Positions 55,925-64,000 of a stretch of 64,000 bases of DNA are shown piece after piece; the stretch's first letter is position 1, and each line of letters begins with the position of its first letter. Origin of the DNA: Eledone cirrhosa (lineage: Eukaryota); contig OZ024764.1 of the NCBI GenBank assembly GCA_964016885.1, forward strand, positions 25,110,001 through 25,174,000. Reading direction: 5' to 3'. A program made the translations under genes and the position numbers. Below the pieces are notes generated by a model. It saw nothing but the letters and a program-made list of their open reading frames with translations, did no database searches and was not told where the DNA came from.

Positions 55925-57135
55925 TACATATATATGCACATATATTTCTTTGTATTGCACCATAGAGCATGTGTGTTTACGTGTGTCATTGTGTTTATAT
56001 GTGGGTAGAGATGTGTGTTGATGTAGGTATGTATGTTGACGTGTGTATGTTGTGGGTTCGTCTTAGGGAGAAGTGTTTAGACGGGGTCCGTATTTGTTAA
56101 TGAAGTAAGATTCCTTGCTGATGCGCTGGGCGTGGGTGGCATTATCTTTAAATTTGTAGAGGGGAAAGATTCTGAAGTTGGGATGATTTTGGGCGGCACA
56201 GGTATCAATGTGTTCACTCAGTGGTATTTTCCTGTATTCCGTATTTTAATTTGGGATCTATGGACAGTCATGCGTTGGCGGAGGCTGTTTTTGGTCTGGC
56301 CTATGTATTGTTCTCGACAACCTGAACAAGTTAATACATATATTAGATTTTCCGATGCACATGTGAAGTTGTGTTTTACTATAAAACGTTGTCCATCTTT
56401 GAAATAGAATTCCGAACCCTCTATTAGGTTGATGCAAATGCCACAGTTGGGTCTATCGCATTTTTTTACTGTGGGTTTCGTTGTTGTGGTTGGCAGTACT
56501 TTGGCATGTGTTAAGATGTTTTTCATTGACTTGGATTGTCTTTTGCTCTTTATGATATCGTGTGTTCGTAGAATTTGGCTCATTCTATGGTCCTTTTTCA
56601 ATACAGGTGTCAAAGGCCTCATTGTTGAGGGGTTGTGTGTGGAGATGTATGGAAGAGCTTTTAGTTTTGGTTGATTTACTTTGGGGTGTCTAAGGTCCTG
56701 GGTACTGAGTTTTAGGGCACGTTGGATTCCATTGTCAATTAGTGATGCAGGGTAGTCCCTGCCTATGAGTGTGTCCTTTAGTTCTTGTAGCCGTAAAAAC
56801 AGTCTTGGCGCAAAATCAACTTTTTAAATTCACATGACCTCTACCGACCAATCAAAATTGTTTTGACCACAAGCATTTTTGCAACACAAAAATAACGCTG
56901 GAGCCACTTTTTTAACATAAAAACAGGTAGAATTCCCAAAACTAATCAGATCAGAGCAAACAGCACGGACACTCTATCTCAAAATTATTTTTGAAAAGCA
57001 TTTAGAAATGCGCAACCGGTAAAAACTTAAAAACTTAAAACCACAACTGAATACTAACCCATACAATCACTAATACTCTTTTATTCCTAATTAAACCATT
57101 TTTCAACTGTGAACAGCATTTTCTATTCCGTTTAT

Positions 57136-57138
<3 letters not shown>
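54869..57138 (-). mobile_element. 5'-truncated Neptune-like PLE (GIY-YIG plus 3' UTR) with inverted pLTR arm 56795-57138
   Basis: ORF 56218-56622 has CDRPNCGIC and LIYVLTC..YIGQT. The arm is the reverse complement of ~54907-55250. Confidence 0.88.
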
Positions 57139-57182
<44 letters not shown>

Positions 57183-57212
57183 TATACACACACACATACA
57201 TATATATATATA

Positions 57213-57262
<50 letters not shown>

Positions 57263-57495
57263 TTCAAATCTGCCGAGGTTAACTTTGCCTTTCATCCTTA
57301 CGAGGTCGATAAAATAAAGTACCAGTGGTGTACTGGGGTAATCGCTGGCCTTGTGCCAAAAGTAGAAACTATATTTATATATATATATATATAAGTATTG
57401 AAATTTCCGTTGGAAACAGAAAAGGTCATAGAAGTGAAGAGTGCTCTATTTAAGTATCAGAGCAAAATTTAATGTATAAAAATCAATACAATATA

Positions 57496-57573
57496 ATTAC
57501 CTCATTACCAGAGGTTTCCCGAATGAGGCGAATACGAAATAAACGTCTTCATTCGTTCGTCAGACGAGGCAAT
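57496..57573 (-). ncRNA. Type I hammerhead ribozyme (inverted pLTR arm)
   Basis: Reverse complement reads attgcctcgt CTGACGA a cgaatga..tcattcg g GAAAC CTCTG GTA atgaggtaat. Confidence 0.82.
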
Positions 57574-57773
57574 ATAAAACATGGGTAAATACTTAGAAAA
57601 AATCATCTATTACTCAGACCCTTTTAGTGAAAGCTTTAAATTTCGCTAGAGGGTTCACTAATATCTCCGATATTGAGGAGAATGTCATCTTGCATTCTAG
57701 GAACACTCTACTTTTTAATGATAATGACACTTGGGTAAAAATATCTAACCCATAGAACCCATTTGATGTCTCA

Positions 57774-58922
57774 ATGGGCTCTTATGACAGTGCCGATGTT
57801 TGTGATCTGGTCGGCCTATTCCTCTTACATACACTTAAAGAAAAATTTCCTAACCATATTTTGGGACTTTATCGCGACGATGGTCTAATACTTTCCCATA
57901 CCACCATAGGCCATAACTTAGATAGATTAAGGAAAGACTTAATAAAAACCTTCGCTAGTTTTAATCTTAAAATTACTATTGACACTAACCTTTCCAACGT
58001 AGATTTCCTAGATATAAACCTAGATTTGCCTACTGCTTCTTATAAACCATACCATAAACCTAATGAAAACTTAAAATATATAAATAAAGGATCTTGCCAT
58101 CCACCTATAGTTTTTAAAAACCTTATCCCTAATATTAGCCGTAGGATCTCCACCCTCTCTTCCTCAGAAGCTATTTTTAATAAGGCACCCCCCTACTATA
58201 ATAAAGCCCTCCAAAATAGCGGTTTTAGCGAACCGATTAAATACATACCTAACTACACTAACTCTATTAAACATAAAAATAGGAAAAGAAAAATAATCTG
58301 GTTCACACCCCCCTACTCTCTAGCAGTTAAAACTAATGTAGGCAAAAAATTCCTTGAGCTCCTAGATAAACATTTCCCTAGAACACATAGATACTATAAG
58401 ATCTTTAACAGAAACTGTGTTAAAATTAGCTATTCCTGCGGTCCCCCTATTAAGTCCTATATCCTCAACAAAATATCACCTAGAGAAAATCAAACTTGCT
58501 CCTGTAGAATCAAAAGTGAATGCCCATTACAAGGTAAATGCAACACCAAAGCCATTGTATATGCGGCTAAAGTGACAACCATCAGCAACAACCATCCAGC
58601 CACCAGTGAACGATATGTGGGTATGACGCAAGACAGATTCAAAACGCGTTATTACTCACATGTCGCATCCTTTCGACATCCAGAAAAAAGATTTACAACA
58701 GCTCTGGCTAGCAGAATATGGGATTTGAAAGACCAAGGCATCCAATATAAATTAGATTGGTCAATTTTGAACCAATCTAAAAAATATGCTAGAGGAACAA
58801 GAAAATGCACGCTCTGCATAAATGAAAAATATTGGATATTGCAAAATCTAAAATCACCAAAGACCTGCCTGAACACAAAGACGGAAATTTTCACCACACA
58901 TGAAATCACACCTGCTTTCTAG
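57774..58922 (+). pseudogene. PLE RT C-terminal half plus GIY-YIG endonuclease
   Basis: MGSYDSADVCDLVG, GLYRDDG, VDFLDI, CSC..CPL..C, IVY..YVG and CTLC. Homology continues upstream past a stop to ~57605. Confidence 0.9.
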
Positions 58923-59356
58923 CTCATATAAACTTAACACACTTTCAGATACTTATCCTCCATAAACTCTTATTATTCTCTTTTTAATTACCCTTTCTGA
59001 CTTACTTTCTTTTTTATCCTTGTCAATAATTTCATTTATTTTAATTTTTATTTTTACTTCCCATCCACCCCCCCCCCTTTATTCTCCGATTCACTTTCCA
59101 TTTTTTACTTTCCCTTCTTTTACTTCCCTTTTTCCTCCACTAACTGATTACACTTGTCTTTTGTGTTTTTCATCCAGATATATTTTCCATTTTTATTTTT
59201 ATTTTTTATTTTTGCGCAGCCAATCTTACAATTTTATATTTGTACTTACTTATCCACAAGTTTTTTACACCCTGTATCAATATGGCTGAACGCCTTAATG
59301 TGTGTATACTTTTATATATGTACATGAGTGACTACGTATGTGCGCGCGCGTGCGTG

Positions 59357-59415
<59 letters not shown>

Positions 59416-60202
59416 ATATGTATGTGTGTGTGTATGTATATATTATGCGTATGTGTATGTGTCTTTATATCCGTGTTTTTTTTTGTTTTTTTTTGACATC
59501 TCGATTTTATGTTTTTGTTCCTTTTTTCTTCTCCCCCCCCCCTTTCCCCTTTTTTTACTTACTCAGTTTTATGCGTGTGCATGCATACAGGTCAATATGC
59601 GTGAGTGTAAGTATGTGTGTGTGTGTGTGTGTGTATGTACGTATCGAACGTATGGATGTGTAAGTGCGCGTGTGTATATAAGAATATATATTTTCGCTTT
59701 TCTTTTGTGAGACATGCGTGTCTGTGTATGCATGTACCCTTTTTTGTCTTCTTTTCTTTAATTTTTTCTTTCTAAAATTTTTTCTTTCTAAAATTTTTTC
59801 TTTCTAATCTAATTTATTGTTACATTTTTATAAATATATCGAGATTGATACTTTCCTTTAATTATTACACTCCCTTACCTCTTTTACTTCTGCATCTAAG
59901 TGTACGAGTGTGCAGGCGTTTTATGCGCGCGCCTTCATATTCATATATTTATGATGTAACTATTCTGTCTGTAGATTATAGATACATTTGCCCTAAATTT
60001 TAGAATTACGCACACTTTTTCACTATACGTATACATGTGTACATATACATATATGCACATCTGTGAGCGTATATACATACACATACACACACCTAACTAT
60101 ATTTCTTGATAGATTTTTATATATTTCAATTTCTAATTCATTTGTCTATATCTTTTTTTGATTTTCTTGATGATTTTTTCTAAGTATTTACCCATGTTTT
60201 AT

Positions 60203-60280
60203 ATTGTCTCGTCTGACGAACGAATGAAGACGTTTATTTCGTATTCGCCTCATTCGGGAAACCTCTGGTAATGAGGTAAT
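60203..60280 (+). ncRNA. Type I hammerhead ribozyme; predicted cleavage after A60270
   Basis: attgtctcgt CTGACGA a cgaatga..tcattcg g GAAAC CTCTG GTA atgaggtaat. Confidence 0.82.
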
Positions 60281-60302
60281 TATATTGTATTGATTTTTAT
60301 AC

Positions 60303-60344
<42 letters not shown>

Positions 60345-60432
60345 AAAGTTTTATTTAAAATTGTTGGGTTACAACAAGTAAATATTATATAACCGATATA
60401 AAGCACTCGACAAGTTTTTGGAGTAGATATAC

Positions 60433-61360
60433 GATATTAAACAAATGGAAACTATATTTATAAAACCATATGTATTTCATTATACATATTTCGCTTCAAT
60501 AATCATAAGAATTCTTTCACAGATCCAAACAAAAAATCCTCAACTTCGCTATCAAGCCTACTCTGGCAACTTAAGCGAGATAATGTTGAGTATTCGATGT
60601 TTTGGAATATTGTCTCAAGAGGGATTCCTTTTAATTCTTCATCTGAGACATGTGATCTCTGTGTGGAGGAGATATTCTTTATATTAAAATCCAAAAATTC
60701 CCTTAATTTAAGGAGCAATTTATTCAGTTGCTGCAGACATAGATTGAACTCAACGTTTAAATATAAATATAAATTTAAAATGTAGTATAATTAATTAAGA
60801 AATTTAATTAATGTATGAAAGCTGACGATAAATCTTTCGATTCCTTCAACTTTTTCTTTTAAACCTTCTTCATAAATATAAACAAATGATGTAATTAAAC
60901 TACTCTAAAATGTATATGCTCCCAATGTATTAAATAAATTTTACGCAAGATAAATTTCTATACTAAATATAAGGGCATCCGTAGAATCACTGGGTCTTCT
61001 AAATCCTTTAAATAATTTTTGTTAAATAATTTTTTGGTTTTTTATTTGGTTTTTTATTTGCTTTTTGATTCTGATTGCTTCTAAAAAACTTTGCAATATA
61101 TTGTCTGAAAAATTGGAAGGATAGATTTCTGTGGTAAATATATGAAGCATACTGTTTTGTGGCTTGAGATACTCTATGGTGTGTTGAAAATATTTTAACG
61201 TTTTGATATTTCTGTGCTGATATATTGATATCTGGTTTTCTCTATACAAAGGCCATATGTATTAACATGCATATGGAAAGATTACAGAGTCTATTTTATC
61301 TGTTCATGTGCCTGTATGTGTGCATAGAGATGCTGGAACACTCACGCAGATATCTTATGT

Positions 61361-61391
<31 letters not shown>

Positions 61392-61924
61392 GGTATAGTT
61401 CTGTATTGTTACAGATATGCATAATATTATATACATGAACGATAATCATATGTGTGAGTGCATGAATATTAATCATTTATTTTGTATGTATATATATATA
61501 CACTATATGCTTAACACTATAACTAAATAATTACCGTACTCCCTCTCTCTTAAATCTCTCTATTTGTATGGTGAATTATTATTATTCATCTGTTGCCTTC
61601 GGTTGCCTCTCTTTTTTCACCTCCTCCTTCTTTCTCTCTCCCCTATCTCTCTCTGTCTTTCTTTACATCCATTTCTTCTGTCTCTCCGTCTTTTTTTCTA
61701 ACTGTGCTTAACACTATAACTAAATAATTATAAACACTTCACTACCAAGCCAGCTTCCTACCTTAATGGTCGCTTATATTTATGGTACGTCAAAATTATT
61801 TATAAAACTGTTTATATATTGTATTTTATCTGAAGAAGGCATGCCATATTTTTAATATGGTATCCCTGAAATATGTATAATGAAATAAATATGGTTTTAT
61901 AAATATAGTTTCCATTTGTTTAAT

Positions 61925-61927
<3 letters not shown>
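60433..61927 (+). mobile_element. Short PLE remnant (GIY-YIG C-terminus, 3' UTR, degenerate HHR at ~61822-61890) with inverted arm 60433-60492
   Basis: LWQLK..WNIV..CDLCVEE..CRH. The arm is the reverse complement of 61868-61927. Confidence 0.8.
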
Positions 61928-61978
<51 letters not shown>

Positions 61979-61983
<5 letters not shown>

Positions 61984-62700
61984 TTAGCGAGAATCACATT
62001 TCGGCCGGTAGAAATTAGCGAAACGCAACTTCCGTATTGTGTAGACAAACGCTCAATGGATATAAAGAAGATAGCAGAGCTATAAACATAAGTTAAAAAG
62101 GTCATACAAACTGAGACGATGGTTAAGAAGCCATTAACCACCAGAGCCAAATAAGCGAACCAGCTAAACGGGTCAAACAAAATAAGATATGATTGAAATA
62201 GTTACCCGGACCCTCGGGGAAGATGCAATACTCCGAATTTGGGTTTCTGCAACAACTAAATCAATAATACTGTCTGTTTATAAAAAATAAGCTTTTGGTA
62301 TAATGATCGAACAAGGCATCGCTTTCTCAACAGGCATTTTGTTCTTCGTGGTCCAGAATCTAACAGGTTATGAAAGCACATGTGAGGTTCTAAGGGGAGA
62401 AAACCCCTATTTTGGCCAGTGAATTCAGCGTGTGTAGATATTGCAAACATTTGCAAAAACAGCACAAAACGAATTAAGCTTTCTACCGAGTTGTTTTTAA
62501 AATAAACTTAAGCGATTAATCAGTCAATAGAATTAACTAAAAAGCCAAAAAAATTAACTGGTTAATCGCTTGACTTGGGAGATTAATACAAATATAAATT
62601 TAGCGAGAATCGCAATTCGGCGGGTAGAAATTAGCGAAACGCAACTTCCGTATTGTGTAGACAAGTGGTCCATGGATATAAAGAAGATACCAGAGCTATA
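61979..62700. repeat. ~617-bp unit plus ~105-bp partial tandem copy, unidentified family
   Basis: 61979-62084 recurs at 62596-62700; (TA)n on both sides. Confidence 0.8.
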
Positions 62701-62778
62701 TATATATAGAGAGGCAAAATGAATAATGAAAGAGTTACAAGCCGTTAAAACATATCTTTATAAAGCTCTTACATATGT

Positions 62779-63191
<413 letters not shown>

Positions 63192-63192
63192 T

Positions 63193-64000
63193 ATAAGGGA
63201 TAACAAAATATCGTTATAGGTAATCCAGGTAGAGGTTGTGAATACTCTGTATTGTGGTTAGTCTTAGTCTACGGCGTTGTTTGACTCGACAAGAGGTTTC
63301 CGTAGGTGGCAAGTATTTGAGTTCTCTTGAATTCCTATGTAAGTTTATCTTGGAGTAATAATATTGAAAGAGTGAAGAATAACATGGTCAACAGTACAAA
63401 AAGGGTTTTATTTACAGTATTAACAATTGTTTCACTGATTAAGTTGTCTAAAAATTGCTGAACACTTGAAGCTGTGCCACTCAATTTTAAATATGTTGTT
63501 AGCTTAACCAGATCATCAGAATATTTTAAAATATGGAATAATTCCATATTGCAAATATAGTGTACCTATGTACTATAACTTTAGGTAACTTAGCATAGCA
63601 CCATATAGGTTCGACTGCGGGGTTCAAGAAAAGGTGGTATGTCCACAGACATTCTATAAATAACCGTAAACTTATGAACACAACGACACTCGCTAATAAA
63701 ATATGGCAGCTCAAAGATACAAACCAGGAATACAGAATTAACTGGTTGAAGTTGTCAACGGTAATGGCCTACTGAATTGGCATGTCCTATTGTAAACTTT
63801 GCAATATGGAATTATTCCATATTTTAAAAAATAACAGCAAAATTGAACGAACAATTTTCTGTAGGCATAAAACAGCGAGCGAATTCGATAATTTCCAACC
63901 AACTTAATTCATCCCATCTATTCCATAAGTCAAATTGTACCACCTGAATCTATTATCATCATCACTTTGCAGTGGAATAATAGGGACCCCAGTCCTATAA
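63193..64000 (+). mobile_element. PLE remnant: inverted pLTR arm (63193-63525) then GIY-YIG fragment
   Basis: From ~63550 the plus strand reads NIVYLC..HIGST..FKKRWY..TLANKIWQLK..CKLCNMELF. Confidence 0.8.
63418..63523 (-). ncRNA. Type I hammerhead with long stem II insertion
   Basis: Reverse complement reads tatt CTGATGA t ctggttaag..cttaatcag t GAAAC AATT GTT aata. Confidence 0.7.

Larger units (their letters stand above)
57471..60306 (+). mobile_element. 5'-truncated PLE (Naiad-like by inference) with inverted pLTR arm 57471-57606
   Basis: RT plus GIY-YIG ORF; the arm is the reverse complement of 60170-60306; HHR in both ends. Confidence 0.9.

Noticed and set aside
57774-58922. Selenocysteine recoding as reported for some Naiad PLEs
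   Set aside because: Conserved Cys positions are ordinary Cys codons here and in 21167-21658; no in-frame TGA at those sites.

Overview
Gene-free, repeat-saturated animal DNA. The (TA)n/(CA)n density, tRNA-SINE type and RTE/Penelope content suggest a cephalopod such as Octopus (inference). No host gene is supportable. The window holds Penelope-like elements (PLE; RT plus GIY-YIG), RTE-clade LINE fragments, tRNA-SINEs, a non-autonomous Helitron and a TIR element filled with a 15-bp G-rich minisatellite. These are nested in (TA)n tracts and copied by segmental duplications (1-~17000 vs 26327-41943; 41944-46640 vs 52352-57375). The main discovery is a non-coding, ribozyme-based system. Two tandem arrays (469-bp unit, 42847-45141; 467-bp unit, 53303-54840) carry one intact type I hammerhead ribozyme (HHR) per monomer, making them retrozyme-like arrays. 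The two monomer families are roughly 10-15% diverged by eye yet show many compensatory base-pair changes. They share nearly the same two termini and an inverted arm, and occupy the paralogous (TA)n site in opposite orientations. A third, decayed family (10631-11327) and about ten PLE-linked HHR motifs, including a U3-A8 core variant, lie nearby. All alignments and folds were done by eye.
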